A stretch of 64,000 bases of DNA from Patescibacteria group bacterium (GCA_041649715.1 JBAZMP010000002.1:132964-196963); one strand, 5' to 3'. Shown: positions 1 to 11,037, counted from the first letter of the stretch. Translations and numbers: made by a program. The notes: generated from the letters alone by a model not told the origin.

Positions 1-1
1 G

Positions 2-2053
2 AATCTTTTCGGTTGGGGAAAATTCATCTTTCCTTTCTTGCTTTTGATCATCGGCTATTTTCTTCTGAAACCGGAGCAGTATCGTCTTAAGTCTGCCAAT
101 TATCTTGGCCTTATTTTCTTTATCCTGAGCTTTTCTGGTCTTCTCCACCTCTTTATAAAATTGGAAGAAGCCGTAGAAAAAATACCCGAAGGAGTCGGGG
201 GCGGCTACGCCGGGTTGGTTTTAAGCTATCCCCTTCAAAAAATCATGGGTTTTTGGGCCAGCCTTATCGTTCTGCTAGCCATTTTTGTCATTTCCCTGTT
301 GGTCATGTTCAATACTTCTTTGCAGAATATCGCGGATAAAAGAGGTTGGATCAATTATTTTTTTGGAAGAATCGGAGCCATTTTTTCCCGTCCTCCTAAA
401 CTCTCCGAATCTTATGAACCGACCAGTTTTACCCGGCGGGATATTGCTAAAGAAGTTATGGAGAGGGAAGAAGAAAAATCCGCCAAAGGCGAATCCGCCT
501 CGGGCGGAGAAAAGAAAGGTCAAACCGCCATACCTACGTTAGAAAAACCGAAAAAAATCCGGCGCGAAGTTCATATTTCTTTGGATCTTCTGGATAGTTC
601 TTCAAGTAAACCTAGAAGTGGCGACATAGAGTTGAATAAGATGAAAATCAAAAAGACTCTGGAAAATTTCGGCATCGCCGTGGAAATGGGCGATGTGAAT
701 GTCGGGCCGACGGTCACTCAATTCACGTTGAAACCCTCGGAAGGGGTAAAGCTTTCCCAAATAACAAGCCTTCAAAATGATATTGCCTTGGCCTTGGCCG
801 CCCACCCCATCCGGATGGAGGCGCCGATTCCGGGAAAATCTCTGGTCGGGATCGAAGTGCCAAACCAAACCGTGGCTTTAGTCAATCTCAAAGAGGTTTT
901 GTCCTCTGATTCTTTCCGTAACCGCCGGTCTAATCTAAGTTTTGCCCTGGGTAAGGATGTTTCCGGCCGGCCTTTATGCGCGGACCTGGATCCTATGCCT
1001 CATCTTTTGATTGCCGGCGCCACTGGATCGGGCAAGAGTGTCTGTATCAACAATATAATCACGAGCTTCATGTTTGCCAACTCGCCGGACGATCTGAAGT
1101 TTATTTTAGTAGATCCGAAAAGAGTGGAATTGACGGTTTATAACAATAATCCTTATCTTTTGTCGCCGGTCATTACCGAGGTTAAACAGACGATTAACGC
1201 CTTAAGGTGGTTGGTTTCCGAAATGGACCGGCGTTTTCAAATTCTCTCGAAGACCGGCAAGAGGGATATTCACGTGTACCACCGGGAAGTGGAAGACGGC
1301 ATGCCCTATATCATTTTGATCATTGATGAATTGGCGGATCTGATGTCAGTCGCTTCGGTGGAAGTAGAATCGGCGATTATCCGTTTGGCCCAGATGGCCC
1401 GGGCGGTCGGTATCCATCTGGTTCTGGCCACTCAGCGGCCGTCAGTCAATGTCATTACCGGGCTCATTAAGGCTAACATCACCGCACGCATTGCTTTTAA
1501 TGTTGCTTCGGCCGTGGATTCGCGCACCATCCTTGATAGCAGCGGCGCGGAGAAGCTTTTAGGGAAAGGCGACATGCTTTTTATTAATTCCGAGTTGTCC
1601 AAGCCTAAGCGGCTGCAAGGTTCGTACGTTTCCGATAAGGAAATTGAAAGAGTGGTGAGTTTTGTCCATGATCAGGCGAAAACCGAATACAATGAAGAAA
1701 TCACGGAAAAATTACAGGAATCACCCCTGGGCTCCAGTATGGAGGATTTGGGTGACGATGCACTGATGAGTCAGGCAAAAGAAGTAATTGCTCGAGCCGG
1801 CAAAGCCTCGGCTTCGCTTTTGCAGCGACGTTTGCGGGTCGGCTATGCCCGGGCGGCCAGAATATTAGATCTAATGGAAAAGCAGCATCTAATCGGCCCG
1901 GCCGACGGCGCCAAACCGCGGGAAGTTTATTTCCGTCTTCCGGATCGGGGAATGGGGCCGGTTGAAAGTAGCGAGCCGGAAGAGAATATTTCTGAAGAAG
2001 AAGCTTTAGATAAACAAGGCGAAAGCGAAAATGAAAACGAAATAGAGGAATAA
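2..2053 (+). CDS. ftsK: DNA translocase FtsK/SpoIIIE (5'-partial; the reading frame is open to the window edge)
   Basis: Walker A motif GATGSGKS, the FtsK motor signature ATQRPSVNVITGLIKANI, and a C-terminal winged-helix gamma domain (LLQRRLRVGYARAARILDLME). No in-frame stop upstream, so the N-terminus lies outside the window. Confidence 0.9.
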   Translation, partial: NLFGWGKFIFPFLLLIIGYFLLKPEQYRLKSANYLGLIFFILSFSGLLHLFIKLEEAVEKIPEGVGGGYAGLVLSYPLQKIMGFWASLIVLLAIFVISLLVMFNTSLQNIADKRGWINYFFGRIGAIFSRPPKLSESYEPTSFTRRDIAKEVMEREEEKSAKGESASGGEKKGQTAIPTLEKPKKIRREVHISLDLLDSSSSKPRSGDIELNKMKIKKTLENFGIAVEMGDVNVGPTVTQFTLKPSEGVKLSQITSLQNDIALALAAHPIRMEAPIPGKSLVGIEVPNQTVALVNLKEVLSSDSFRNRRSNLSFALGKDVSGRPLCADLDPMPHLLIAGATGSGKSVCINNIITSFMFANSPDDLKFILVDPKRVELTVYNNNPYLLSPVITEVKQTINALRWLVSEMDRRFQILSKTGKRDIHVYHREVEDGMPYIILIIDELADLMSVASVEVESAIIRLAQMARAVGIHLVLATQRPSVNVITGLIKANITARIAFNVASAVDSRTILDSSGAEKLLGKGDMLFINSELSKPKRLQGSYVSDKEIERVVSFVHDQAKTEYNEEITEKLQESPLGSSMEDLGDDALMSQAKEVIARAGKASASLLQRRLRVGYARAARILDLMEKQHLIGPADGAKPREVYFRLPDRGMGPVESSEPEENISEEEALDKQGESENENEIEE

Positions 2054-2060
2054 CCTTAAG

Positions 2061-2741
2061 ATGGATTTCAAGCATAAAAAAATTCTGGAAAATAATACTT
2101 TGGGGGAAAAGCTGAAAGGTTTAAGGGAAGAGGCCGGTTTTTCCTTAGAAAAAATAAGTGAAAAATTGGGAATTACAGAAAACTATATCCGGTTTTTAGA
2201 GGAGGGGCATTATGAAAATTTGCCGGGAGAGGTTTACACAATTAGTTTCTTAAAAAAATATGCCCAAGCCCTGTCGATTAACGAAGACAAGGTGATGAAG
2301 TTATACGCCGACGAACGAAAGGTGTATCAAAAACTTAAAAGCAGTGATCATAACATTTATCTGCCGCCTAAAGCAAAAGTGCATTTTTCTTCCTTTAATC
2401 CCAAATTCTTCCGGAACGCCGTCATCGTTCTATTTGTCCTAGCGATTTTGGCCTACTTGGGCTGGGAATTAATGCATGTAATGGCACCCCCTCGCCTGGA
2501 AATCACTTTTCCGCCGGAAAGATATACGACCAGTGAGGAAAATCTTAAAATAACTGGCCAGACCACGCCCGAATCAAAGGTCCTGGTGAATGGCAAGGAA
2601 GTCAGCGTGGACACGGAAGGCAAATTTGCCGAGGAGATTGTTTTAAAAGAAGGGGTGAACGAGATTAAAATCTCCGCTTATAAAAAACAGGATAAAGTCA
2701 GCACCATTACCCGGATGATTTTATACCAATTAGACAAATAA
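2061..2741 (+). CDS. RodZ-like protein: N-terminal XRE-type helix-turn-helix, one TM helix, C-terminal periplasmic domain
   Basis: An HTH segment ([36 protein letters not shown]) is followed by a hydrophobic helix ([15 protein letters not shown]). Confidence 0.55.
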   Translation: MDFKHKKILENNTLGEKLKGLREEAGFSLEKISEKLGITENYIRFLEEGHYENLPGEVYTISFLKKYAQALSINEDKVMKLYADERKVYQKLKSSDHNIYLPPKAKVHFSSFNPKFFRNAVIVLFVLAILAYLGWELMHVMAPPRLEITFPPERYTTSEENLKITGQTTPESKVLVNGKEVSVDTEGKFAEEIVLKEGVNEIKISAYKKQDKVSTITRMILYQLDK

Positions 2742-2775
2742 ATTATTAATTTTGGTGGCGGAAAGGATAAAATAT

Positions 2776-3810
2776 ATGGTGAAAGAAAAAATAAAAAAGG
2801 ACAAATCATCAGACCGGTCAAAGGCGGCCTTACTGGCCATTGAGCAGATTAAGGAGAGATTTGGCGCTGGCTCCATCATGAAGTTCGGCGAGGCAAGGAG
2901 CGCGGACGTGCCGGCCGTTTCCACCGGTTGTCTTTCTCTGGATATCGCCCTGGGCGTCGGGGGATTACCGAGGGGTCGCGTGGTGGAAATTTTCGGGCCA
3001 GAAGCTTCTGGAAAGACGACTTTAGCCCAGCACGTGGTGGCGGAAGTGCAGAAGATCGGCGGTTTGGCCGCCTTTATTGACGCGGAACACGCTCTGGATC
3101 CCGTTTATGCCCGTAAAATCGGAGTTAACGTGGACGAACTTTTGATTTCACAGCCTGATACCGGGGAACAAGCCCTGGAAATTTTAGAGACGCTGGTGCG
3201 CTCAAACGGCGTCGACATAGTCGTCATTGATTCGGTAGCGGCTTTAACCCCCAAAGCGGAGATAGAAGGGGAAATGGGTGATCAGCATATGGGCCTGCAA
3301 GCAAGGCTAATGAGCCAGGCTCTGCGTAAACTTACTTCCATTGTCTCAAAATCAAAAACCATCGTCGTTTTCATCAATCAGGTGAGAATGAAGATCGGCG
3401 TTTTTTTCGGTAACCCGGAAACGACCACCGGCGGTATGGCCTTGAAATTTTATTCTTCCGTAAGGATTGAAACCCGAAGGATCGGCCAGATCAAAAAAGG
3501 CGAACAGATCGTGGGCAACCGGACCCGGGCCAAGGTGGTGAAAAATAAGGTGGCGGCTCCCTTTAAATCCACCGAATTTGATATCATGTATAATGAAGGA
3601 ATTTCGGCGGCCGGCGATACGCTAGATACCGCCCTGAATTATGGCGTAATCGTTAAGACTGGAAACAGTTTTACTTACGGCCAGATAAAGTTAGGAGTCG
3701 GCCGTGATAACTCCCGCGATTATCTAAAAGAACATCCGGAGTTGATACAGGAGATTAAAACAAAGGTCTGGGAAGTGGTGAAAAGCCGGGAAAAAAGCGA
3801 CAATACATAA
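2776..3810 (+). CDS. recA: Recombinase RecA
   Basis: [11 protein letters not shown]-loop and RecA core motifs. Start moved to the ATG at 2776, which has an AAAGGA Shine-Dalgarno; the ORF-track GTG at 2752 has none. Confidence 0.95.
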   Translation: MVKEKIKKDKSSDRSKAALLAIEQIKERFGAGSIMKFGEARSADVPAVSTGCLSLDIALGVGGLPRGRVVEIFGPEASGKTTLAQHVVAEVQKIGGLAAFIDAEHALDPVYARKIGVNVDELLISQPDTGEQALEILETLVRSNGVDIVVIDSVAALTPKAEIEGEMGDQHMGLQARLMSQALRKLTSIVSKSKTIVVFINQVRMKIGVFFGNPETTTGGMALKFYSSVRIETRRIGQIKKGEQIVGNRTRAKVVKNKVAAPFKSTEFDIMYNEGISAAGDTLDTALNYGVIVKTGNSFTYGQIKLGVGRDNSRDYLKEHPELIQEIKTKVWEVVKSREKSDNT

Positions 3811-3833
3811 TCACAACTTACATAATATAGAAA

Positions 3834-3872
3834 AAACCCACCGGCGGCCAGGCGCTTGTCAGTGGGTTTTTA
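3834..3872. terminator. GC hairpin plus T-run after recA; can also serve the convergent gene
   Basis: aaaacccac...gtgggttttt stem-loop. Confidence 0.5.
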
Positions 3873-4481
3873 GGTTTGAAAAAAGAAAAATTTCAAGAAA
3901 AGAGCGGTCAGGACGGGTACCAGCAGATTGTCGTTGACTTGATAACTAAGGAACTTAATTTCCAAGGCTTCAATAAAGGTGGCGAAAAGGCTGACGGATA
4001 GCCAGATTTTCATCCAGCTCGGCTCGGGAAAAAGAAATTTGAGCGTGAAGAGGCTTAAGGCAAGCCCGGTCAGAAAAAAACCAAAACTGCCGCCCCAAGT
4101 TTTATGACTGCTCGGGAAATGAGGAGAGAAGATATGATGACCGAAGATTTCGGCCATCGGGTCGGCAAAGCCGGCGTAAATTACGGCTAGACAGACGATC
4201 TCTTTTTCCGGAATAAAACTGATGATAAGGTAGCCCAGGGTCAGCCAGAGAGAGCCGGTGAAACGGGTTTTTTCGATTTCTCTAAGGCAGAGGCGCCAAG
4301 GACCCCGGTGGTATTCTTTCAGATGCGGTTCTTTCAGCCGCCTTAAGTCAAGGATCAACATGATAAGAAAAACAGCGCCCGCCAAGCCGATCCTGAAAGG
4401 ATACGGGGCAAAATAGCCGATGAAAAAAGCGCCGGCGGAAGCGGCCCAGTGAAAATATTTCCGTGGCATCAGCAGAGCCAT
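3870..4481 (-). CDS. Polytopic membrane protein, possibly of the CTP-dependent polyprenol/dolichol-kinase / CdsA-like family
   Basis: Six or more hydrophobic helices and a GFADPMAEIFG motif resembling the cytidylyltransferase-like family. Weak assignment. Confidence 0.4.
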   Translation of the reverse strand: MALLMPRKYFHWAASAGAFFIGYFAPYPFRIGLAGAVFLIMLILDLRRLKEPHLKEYHRGPWRLCLREIEKTRFTGSLWLTLGYLIISFIPEKEIVCLAVIYAGFADPMAEIFGHHIFSPHFPSSHKTWGGSFGFFLTGLALSLFTLKFLFPEPSWMKIWLSVSLFATFIEALEIKFLSYQVNDNLLVPVLTALFLKFFFFQT

Positions 4482-4554
4482 GAATGATTACCTCCTTTTA
4501 AGGGTTTTAAAGAGCGGTTTAATATCTTAACACATAAATAATTTTTCTGCAAAA

Positions 4555-4577
4555 AAATGGCCGGTGGCCATTTTAGA
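4555..4577. terminator. Perfect palindrome aaaatggcc-gg-tggccatttt followed by a T-run on the minus strand; likely efp terminator
   Basis: Seen directly in the sequence. The AT-rich palindromic neighbourhood (agatatctagatat) may additionally hold operator/promoter signals for the downstream membrane-protein gene. Confidence 0.4.
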
Positions 4578-4657
4578 TATCTAGATATTAAGATATCAAG
4601 TGGTGGGGCAAGATCGATATCGCAATATCTTAATCGCTCAATCGCTTAATATCTAAA

Positions 4658-5227
4658 TTACTTATTCACCCTTTCCAAGTATTTTCCCGTTTCCGTATTA
4701 ACCAGGATATCCTCCCCGTTTTTAATGAAGAGAGGCACCTTGATATTATGGCCGGTCTCCAAAATCGCTTCTTTCATCACGGATCCTTGGGCGGTGTCGC
4801 CTCTGACTCCTTCGCTGGTTTGGGTCACTTTCAAGACCATTTTAATCGGGATGACCAGATTGATAGGCCGCTCTTCAAAGCGGAGTATTTCCACATCCGA
4901 ACCCTCTTTGATAAAATTTGCTTTTTCGCCGATCTGTTTTTTATTAAGGGAAAATTGATCGTAGGTGGCGTTATCCATGAAAAAATAGTTTTCTCCTTCT
5001 TTATACAGGAAATTAGCCTTGGTTTGGTTGAGATCGGCTTCTTCGAATTTTTCTCCGCCGCCTTTAAATGTTTTTTCGACGATTGAACCGGTGATCAGAT
5101 TTTTTATTTTAGTGCGCAAGATACCCTTGCTTTGGGCCATTTTGATATGGTCAGAATAGACGACTTGGCAGGGTTCGCCGTCTAATTTAATAAAAACACC
5201 GACTTTTAGATCGTTGAGGGTAAGCAT
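4658..5227 (-). CDS. efp: Elongation factor P
   Basis: 189 aa with KOW-like N-terminus (VKMAQSKGILRTKIKNLITG) and a typical EF-P domain order. Confidence 0.9.
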   Translation of the reverse strand: MLTLNDLKVGVFIKLDGEPCQVVYSDHIKMAQSKGILRTKIKNLITGSIVEKTFKGGGEKFEEADLNQTKANFLYKEGENYFFMDNATYDQFSLNKKQIGEKANFIKEGSDVEILRFEERPINLVIPIKMVLKVTQTSEGVRGDTAQGSVMKEAILETGHNIKVPLFIKNGEDILVNTETGKYLERVNK

Positions 5228-5239
5228 AGCGCATTAATA

Positions 5240-5491
5240 TTATTTGGGCGTAAAAGGCAATAAGGCCATAAAGCGCGCCCTTTTGATCGCTTCGGCCAGC
5301 TTTCTTTGGTGTTTCATGCAGACGCCTGAACGCCGTCTCGGCGCGATTTTGACGTAAGAGGAAATGAAGCGTTTAATGGTGGCGATATCCTTATAGTCAA
5401 TATCGCTTTGGTTATTGACGCAAAAATAGCAGGGTTTAATTTTTTGTTCTGTCGGGGGTTTAAACATATTAAAAGGGGATATCTTCCACAT
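5240..5491 (-). CDS. rpsR: 30S ribosomal protein S18
   Basis: CYFC...DYKD...LKRFISE-like motifs. Confidence 0.9.
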   Translation of the reverse strand: MWKISPFNMFKPPTEQKIKPCYFCVNNQSDIDYKDIATIKRFISSYVKIAPRRRSGVCMKHQRKLAEAIKRARFMALLPFTPK

Positions 5492-5894
5492 TAATTTCTT
5501 CTTCGTTTCCTTCCGCCGCCGGCGTTTCGCCGGGAGTTTCGGCCGCCGGTTGAGGAGCCGTCTCGCCTTTTTTATCCAGCATGATCATGTTGGAAATCAC
5601 GATTTCGGTCCGGTATTTTTTCACCCCTGTCGGGTCGTCCCAGGAGCGGGTTTGCAAACGACCTTCGACATAAACCTTGCTGCCTTTTTTCAAATAAGCG
5701 GAGCAGGTTTCGGCCATTTTGCCCCAGGCGACTATATTGTGAAATTCCGGCTTGTTTTGTCTTTCGCCGGCCTGGTTTTTCCAGACGCGGTTGGTTGCCA
5801 CGCCGAAAGAGCAGACGCTTTGGCCGGAAGGAGTGCTCCGCATTTCCGGATCACGGGTGACATTGCCGATAAGCATGGCTTTATTTAGATTCAT
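5469..5894 (-). CDS. ssb: Single-stranded DNA-binding protein
   Basis: OB-fold core ([12 protein letters not shown]...[14 protein letters not shown]) and an acidic C-terminal DIPF tail. Confidence 0.9.
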   Translation of the reverse strand: MNLNKAMLIGNVTRDPEMRSTPSGQSVCSFGVATNRVWKNQAGERQNKPEFHNIVAWGKMAETCSAYLKKGSKVYVEGRLQTRSWDDPTGVKKYRTEIVISNMIMLDKKGETAPQPAAETPGETPAAEGNEEEINVEDIPF

Positions 5895-5925
5895 AAGGGT
5901 TGGTCTTAATTAGTTATATTGTTAA

Positions 5926-6390
5926 TTATTCTTTTACGACGTCATCGCCCAAAATTTCATCCAATTTTTTATCCAATTCTTCAATACTCACTTTCTGAAG
6001 TTTTTCCTTGGTCTTTTCTTTAGCCGGTTCCTTCTTAAATATGCGCGGAGCCGGAGCTTCAATGGTCACCGGTCTAGGACGGATTACCTTGGGTTTTTCC
6101 TTAACCGGTTTTTTAATAACCAGCAAAAAACGAAGAATTTCCGTCAACAGTCTTAATTTTTGTTCAAGCGCCGGAAGTTTAGACGGTTCCAGGTCAAAAG
6201 ACAGGAGGTTATAATAGCCCGCGACGGCTTTTTTGATCGGATAAGCCAGCTTTTTTTTGCCCATCATTTCGGTGGCCGTGGCGGTGCCGCCGTCGTTTTT
6301 CACCAAGTTTTCTATTTCGGCCGCCAGTTTGGCGTGTTCTTCGTCAGTAAAATCCGGCCGGATAATATAGAGCATTTCGTAATGTTTCAT
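5926..6390 (-). CDS. rpsF: 30S ribosomal protein S6 with a basic C-terminal extension
   Basis: MKHYEMLYIIRPD start and the conserved rpsF-ssb-rpsR operon context. Confidence 0.85.
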   Translation of the reverse strand: MKHYEMLYIIRPDFTDEEHAKLAAEIENLVKNDGGTATATEMMGKKKLAYPIKKAVAGYYNLLSFDLEPSKLPALEQKLRLLTEILRFLLVIKKPVKEKPKVIRPRPVTIEAPAPRIFKKEPAKEKTKEKLQKVSIEELDKKLDEILGDDVVKE

Positions 6391-6573
6391 AGGGTATCGG
6401 AATAGGTTAAAGATAAAAAAATAAGCGATTTTTTGCTTAAGAATATTCTAGCACAGACCCGTAAATTAGGCAAGCCTATCAGAGAAGGGAGGTAAAAAAG
6501 CGGGATGAAGGTTAGTTATTATCGGAAAAAAAGACTTTATTTATTCGCTAAAAAGCCGTATAATTGATTTACC

Positions 6574-7836
6574 ATGAACCGTTATTTTTTCATCCTCGGC
6601 CGCAATCAAGCCTTGTCTCTGGCGGAAAGCGCCGCTTTTTTTAGCCGCGAACAGATGGTTTTTAATCCGCTTTATTTAGGCCGGGATTTTTTGGTCTGGG
6701 AGACGGAAAATAAAATTGATTTGAAGGCACTGAATAACCGGTTGGGAGGAGTGATTAAAGCCGGAGAAATATGGGCGGAAAGGCCGAAAAAGCCGGATCT
6801 GCTCGCCGACCTTTCCGAAGCCCTGGGCTTTTCCACTATCAGTAAATTTCTGCCTGTCGGCGCAGAAAAATTATTCTTAGGCTTTAGTCTGTATTTTGAC
6901 GAGGGCAAGAGCTTCATTTATCTGCAAAAAGGCTTGGAAAGGCATTTTTTAAGCCTAAAAAAAGAGATAAAGGAAACCGGCCAAAAATTGCGCTTGGTCA
7001 CTTCGCGCGGCCAGACTCTTTCTTCCGTGGTGGTGAAGAAAAATAAATTATTGACGGCCGGGGCGGAAATCGTCATTTTTGTCACACCCGAAAAAATGTT
7101 TATCGGGAAAACTTCAAGCGTCCAAGATTTTGAGGGTTATAGTTTCCGGGATTTCCAGCGGCCCGGACGGGATATGCGGATCGGTTTGATGCCGCCAAAA
7201 GTTGCCCAAATCATGGTAAATTTAGCGCAGGCCCGGGAAAGTGAGGTCATCTTGGATCCTTTTGCCGGCTGCGGCACGATTTTGCAGGAAGCGATACTCT
7301 TGGGCTATAAAAATTTGGTCGGTTCGGATAATAACCCGCGGGCCTTAAGCCAGACCCGGCAGAATTTAGAATGGTTATGCAGAAATTATAAGATTGACGA
7401 GAAAAAAATCAATGTAAAATTAATGCCGATCGATGTCCGGCAGATATACAAAGACTTAAGCCCCAATTCAGTGGACACAATTGTGACCGAACCATATCTG
7501 GGGCCGGCGCTTGATGATCGACCGGGGGAAGGCAAAATAAGAATGGTGGCGGCTAATCTGAGCCAGCTTTACTTGGATTTTTTCACCGCCATTAAAAGAG
7601 TTTTGAAACCCGGCGGCAAAATAGTCATGATCTGGCCGGTTTTCCGCACTCCGGCCGGCAAGCAGTTTTTGCCGATCTTGGAAAAAGTTCTGGCCAAGGG
7701 TTTTGAAAAAATCAACCTGATTCCCGAAGTTTTTAAGGCCAACGATCTGGAGGAACTAACAAGCCGGGGCTCGATTCTATATTCCCGGGAAGACCAGAAT
7801 GTTTTAAGGGAAATTTTCGTTTTTAAAAATGTTTAG
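6574..7836 (+). CDS. SAM-dependent RNA (guanine-N2) methyltransferase, Trm11/RlmL-like, with an N-terminal RNA-binding region
   Basis: Motif I (VLDPFAGCGTILQEA) and a DPPY-like motif IV (VTEPYLGP). Confidence 0.6.
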   Translation: MNRYFFILGRNQALSLAESAAFFSREQMVFNPLYLGRDFLVWETENKIDLKALNNRLGGVIKAGEIWAERPKKPDLLADLSEALGFSTISKFLPVGAEKLFLGFSLYFDEGKSFIYLQKGLERHFLSLKKEIKETGQKLRLVTSRGQTLSSVVVKKNKLLTAGAEIVIFVTPEKMFIGKTSSVQDFEGYSFRDFQRPGRDMRIGLMPPKVAQIMVNLAQARESEVILDPFAGCGTILQEAILLGYKNLVGSDNNPRALSQTRQNLEWLCRNYKIDEKKINVKLMPIDVRQIYKDLSPNSVDTIVTEPYLGPALDDRPGEGKIRMVAANLSQLYLDFFTAIKRVLKPGGKIVMIWPVFRTPAGKQFLPILEKVLAKGFEKINLIPEVFKANDLEELTSRGSILYSREDQNVLREIFVFKNV

Positions 7837-8890
7837 AAAAATAAGGCATTTTTGGGTATTTAGCGCCATTTTAGTCGTGGTTGGCGTATTTTTTATTTTT
7901 TATTTTCAGGCGATCGGGGCCCTGAATACGGAGTCAAATTTTAGGGCTGGGGTCGTAAAAATCCCGGAAGAATCCGTTAAGGAAACGTCCGTAATTTTCG
8001 GGGGCGATATCATGCTCGCGCGGACCGTGGAACAAAAGATATTGGCGACCGGGGATTACGCCCTGCCTTTCCGGAAAATATATCAGGAATTTAAAAAAGC
8101 CGATCTGGCCCTTGCTAATTTGGAGTCGCCTTTTTCAGACGGCGGTTCGGCGACCCCGAACGGCAGCACGGTATTCCGGGCCCTGCCCAGAACAATAGAG
8201 AGTTTAAAATTAGCCGGCCTCGATGCGGTTACCTTAGCGAACAACCATTTTGGCGATCAGGGCAATAAAGGCAAACTTTACACCTTTAAGCATTTAACCG
8301 ATAACGGTATTGAATATTGCGGAGCGGGCAATGATTATGACGAAGCGCATACGCCGGTGATTAAAGAGGTTAATGAGATCAAGATCGGTTTTTTGGGCTA
8401 CGGATATCCGGAAACGATGTATGTGGCAACCGGCGATTCGCCGGGGCTCGCCAATATGGATATTGAACAGATGAAAAAAGATATTGAGCGATTAAGCGAT
8501 TCAGCGGACTTTATTGTGGTGACCATGCACGCTGGCGCGGAATACACGCATACACCCGGCAAATCGCAAATCGCATTTTCGCATGCGGCTATAGACGCCG
8601 GCGCCAATTTAGTGATTGGTCATCATCCCCACGTGGTTCAATCAACGGAAAAATATAAAGACGGCTATATTATTTACAGCTTGGGCAATCTGGTTTTTGA
8701 CCAGATGTGGTCAGAGGAAACCCAGCAGGGAGTCGTCGTTAAAGTGATTCTTTCTGATAATAAACTAAAATCAATAGAATTTAAACCCATCCATATTTAC
8801 GATTATAATCAGCCGGATTGGGTCGTCGGCAGCGAAGCGGAAAAGATTTTAGGGGATATGGGATTAAACTCGTTTACCCTGTCATTCTGA
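7829..8890 (+). CDS. CapA/PGA_cap-family metallophosphatase (poly-gamma-glutamate capsule synthesis-like)
   Basis: GGDIMLAR, ANLESP and TLANNHFGD motifs, plus a signal/TM N-terminus. Confidence 0.7.
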   Translation: MFRKIRHFWVFSAILVVVGVFFIFYFQAIGALNTESNFRAGVVKIPEESVKETSVIFGGDIMLARTVEQKILATGDYALPFRKIYQEFKKADLALANLESPFSDGGSATPNGSTVFRALPRTIESLKLAGLDAVTLANNHFGDQGNKGKLYTFKHLTDNGIEYCGAGNDYDEAHTPVIKEVNEIKIGFLGYGYPETMYVATGDSPGLANMDIEQMKKDIERLSDSADFIVVTMHAGAEYTHTPGKSQIAFSHAAIDAGANLVIGHHPHVVQSTEKYKDGYIIYSLGNLVFDQMWSEETQQGVVVKVILSDNKLKSIEFKPIHIYDYNQPDWVVGSEAEKILGDMGLNSFTLSF

Positions 8891-8964
8891 GGCCAAAGGC
8901 CGAAGAATCTCGACATTAATAATTTCACATACGTGAGATTCTTTGCTTCGCTCAGAATGACAAT

Positions 8965-9016
8965 AAAAAATCCTTCGGCGCCAATAAAAAAGCCCGGGAA
9001 ACTGGATTCTCGGGCG
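8965..9016. repeat. Copy 1 of a ~50-bp direct repeat (ttcggcgccaataaaaaagcccgg + hairpin)
   Basis: A 23-nt exact match to 9871-9918, followed in both copies by a near-palindromic gcccgg...ctcgggc hairpin. Confidence 0.7.
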
Positions 9017-9262
9017 TACTTCATTGAGGAAAGATCCCTTAATTTTTTCTTTTTGTTTTCCGACTGATCAATGTTTCGATCAGTCCCTTGAATAATAGAA
9101 GAAATTGATTAAATGCCATTTCCGCATTACACAGCAGGGAGTTGTTCTTGTCTCCTATGATTACCATTATTCCTTCTTTCTTCTGATTTTTGTTGAAGAA
9201 CAGACTTATTTAATTAATTCACATTTATCAAAATTTTTGTATTGTGTCAATAGCATATAAAT

Positions 9263-9290
9263 AACCCCGGGAAATCCGTTTCCCGGGGTT
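9263..9290 (-). terminator. Perfect hairpin aaccccggg-aaatccgt-ttcccggggtt downstream of the minus-strand gene 9328-9786
   Basis: A 9-bp GC stem. Confidence 0.6.
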
Positions 9291-9327
9291 AGCGAAGGTT
9301 AGGGGTGAATGTTATTGAATTCCAGAT

Positions 9328-9786
9328 TCACCGAGTTTTCTTCTTGGGGGGAGGGTAAATTTCTTCTCCTATCTTTTTGAAGATTTGGGATTTCTTCAGC
9401 GATTCGAGTAACGCCTTATGGCTTCTTAGAGAGAGAACGGTTTTTCTTTCCCGGTAGATCGCGAGGGCGAGCAGGCCCGCGTACAATTGCGCAGGGATTT
9501 CACGGTGCTTGTAATCTGAACACTTCGGGTTGAACAGGGCGTAGGGTTTGATGCCAGCGATCGGAATGAATTCGGCGATTATTTTCACCGCCGGCAGGCC
9601 GTGTTCCGAGGCCATGATTCTTTTCGTTTTGACTTCGATCCGGTCAAAGGTTTTTCTGTCTGTCGTCCTTATTTCCATCTCTGTCCCGAATACGTAGTCT
9701 ATCTGTCTCGCCAACACCCTCGCACACAATAAGCGCAGAATATTTTCAAGTTCATTCCGCGATAATTTCTTCTTTCTTTTTGTCAT
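9328..9786 (-). CDS. Hypothetical basic 152-aa protein; possible small PD-(D/E)xK-fold nuclease
   Basis: Residue spacing E..D..EVK inside GTEMEIRTTDRKTFDRIEVKTKR. The gene lies between two copies of a 50-bp direct repeat and has its own terminator. Confidence 0.35.
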   Translation of the reverse strand: MTKRKKKLSRNELENILRLLCARVLARQIDYVFGTEMEIRTTDRKTFDRIEVKTKRIMASEHGLPAVKIIAEFIPIAGIKPYALFNPKCSDYKHREIPAQLYAGLLALAIYRERKTVLSLRSHKALLESLKKSQIFKKIGEEIYPPPKKKTR

Positions 9787-9870
9787 TTTCCCGGCCTCCT
9801 TGGGGAAAGTTCGTGTCCAGATTCTTTGAATGTGCGCGTAAGTATCTTATTCCACTAATATAAAATTGTC

Positions 9871-9918
9871 AAGAATCTTTCGGCGCCAATAAAAAAGCCC
9901 GGTAGTGATTTCTCGGGT
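9871..9918. repeat. Copy 2 of the ~50-bp direct repeat; also works as a terminator hairpin for ychF
   Basis: See 8965-9016. Confidence 0.7.
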
Positions 9919-9930
9919 AATTTTTTTATA

Positions 9931-11037
9931 TTAAGCCTTAAAAAGATAATGCATCACATCGCCGTCCTGGACAACGTAGTCCCGGCCGACAATTTTCATG
10001 AGGCCCTTTTCCCGGGCGGCCAATTCTGAGCCGGCTTCGTATAATTCCTTCCAGTTGAAGACTTCCGCTTTGATAAAGCCTTTCTCAAAATCAGAATGGA
10101 TGATGCCAGCCGTCTCCGGCGCCAAGGCCCCTTTAACAAAGGTCCAGGCTCGTACCTCGTCTTCGCCGCCCGTCAGAAAAGTCTGGAAATCCAGCATTTC
10201 ATAACCGAGTTTGATCAATTTATTCAAACCTGACTCGGCGAGGCCGAGGTTTTTCAGGAATTCTTTCTTTTCCGATTCGGAAGACAGATCAGCGATTTCC
10301 GATTCCAGCTGGCAGGAGATGACTACGACGGCCGAGCCGTTCTTTTCGGCAATCTCGCGCACTTGTTTGACGAAAAGATTGTCTTCCAGAAAATTTTCAT
10401 CCACATTACAACAGTAAATCTGTTTTTTCAAAGTGATTAAAGCCAGATCAGAGACCATTTTTATTTCTTCTTCGGAAAAGCCAAGGCTTCGGGCGGCAAG
10501 GCCTTTTTTCAGGGCTTCTTCCAGTTTTGTAAGCAAGGCAAGCAAGGGCGTGATCTTTTTCAAGGTTTCTTTATCCGCCGCTTTCAGCTGTTTAGAAAGA
10601 TTATCTTTTCTTTTGCTGACGATTTCCAGGTCGGATAAAGCCAGCTCAACTTCAATGGTTTCGATATCATCGACAGGATTAACGTTGCCAGTGACGTGAA
10701 TTATGTCACTGTTATCAAAACACCGGACCACGTGGCAGATGACTTTGGTCTGGCGGATATTTTCCAAAAATTTATTGCCCAAGCCTTCTCCTTTGGAAGC
10801 GCCCTTGACCAAGCCGGCAATATCCAGGAATTCCACAATAGCGGGCACGATTTTTTTAGGATGATAAAAACTGGCCAATTTCTCCAGCCGTTCATCGGGG
10901 ACGGTAACAATGCCCACATTCGGTTCAATAGTGCAAAAGGGATAATTTTGAATATCCACTGACTGTTGGGTCAGGGCTTTAAATAAAGTGGACTTGCCGA
11001 CATTGGGAAGCCCGACAATTCCTATTGAGAAAGACAA
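9931..11037 (-). CDS. ychF: Ribosome-binding ATPase YchF (Obg-family GTPase)
   Basis: [24 protein letters not shown] and a C-terminal TGS domain. Confidence 0.9.
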   Translation of the reverse strand: MSFSIGIVGLPNVGKSTLFKALTQQSVDIQNYPFCTIEPNVGIVTVPDERLEKLASFYHPKKIVPAIVEFLDIAGLVKGASKGEGLGNKFLENIRQTKVICHVVRCFDNSDIIHVTGNVNPVDDIETIEVELALSDLEIVSKRKDNLSKQLKAADKETLKKITPLLALLTKLEEALKKGLAARSLGFSEEEIKMVSDLALITLKKQIYCCNVDENFLEDNLFVKQVREIAEKNGSAVVVISCQLESEIADLSSESEKKEFLKNLGLAESGLNKLIKLGYEMLDFQTFLTGGEDEVRAWTFVKGALAPETAGIIHSDFEKGFIKAEVFNWKELYEAGSELAAREKGLMKIVGRDYVVQDGDVMHYLFKA

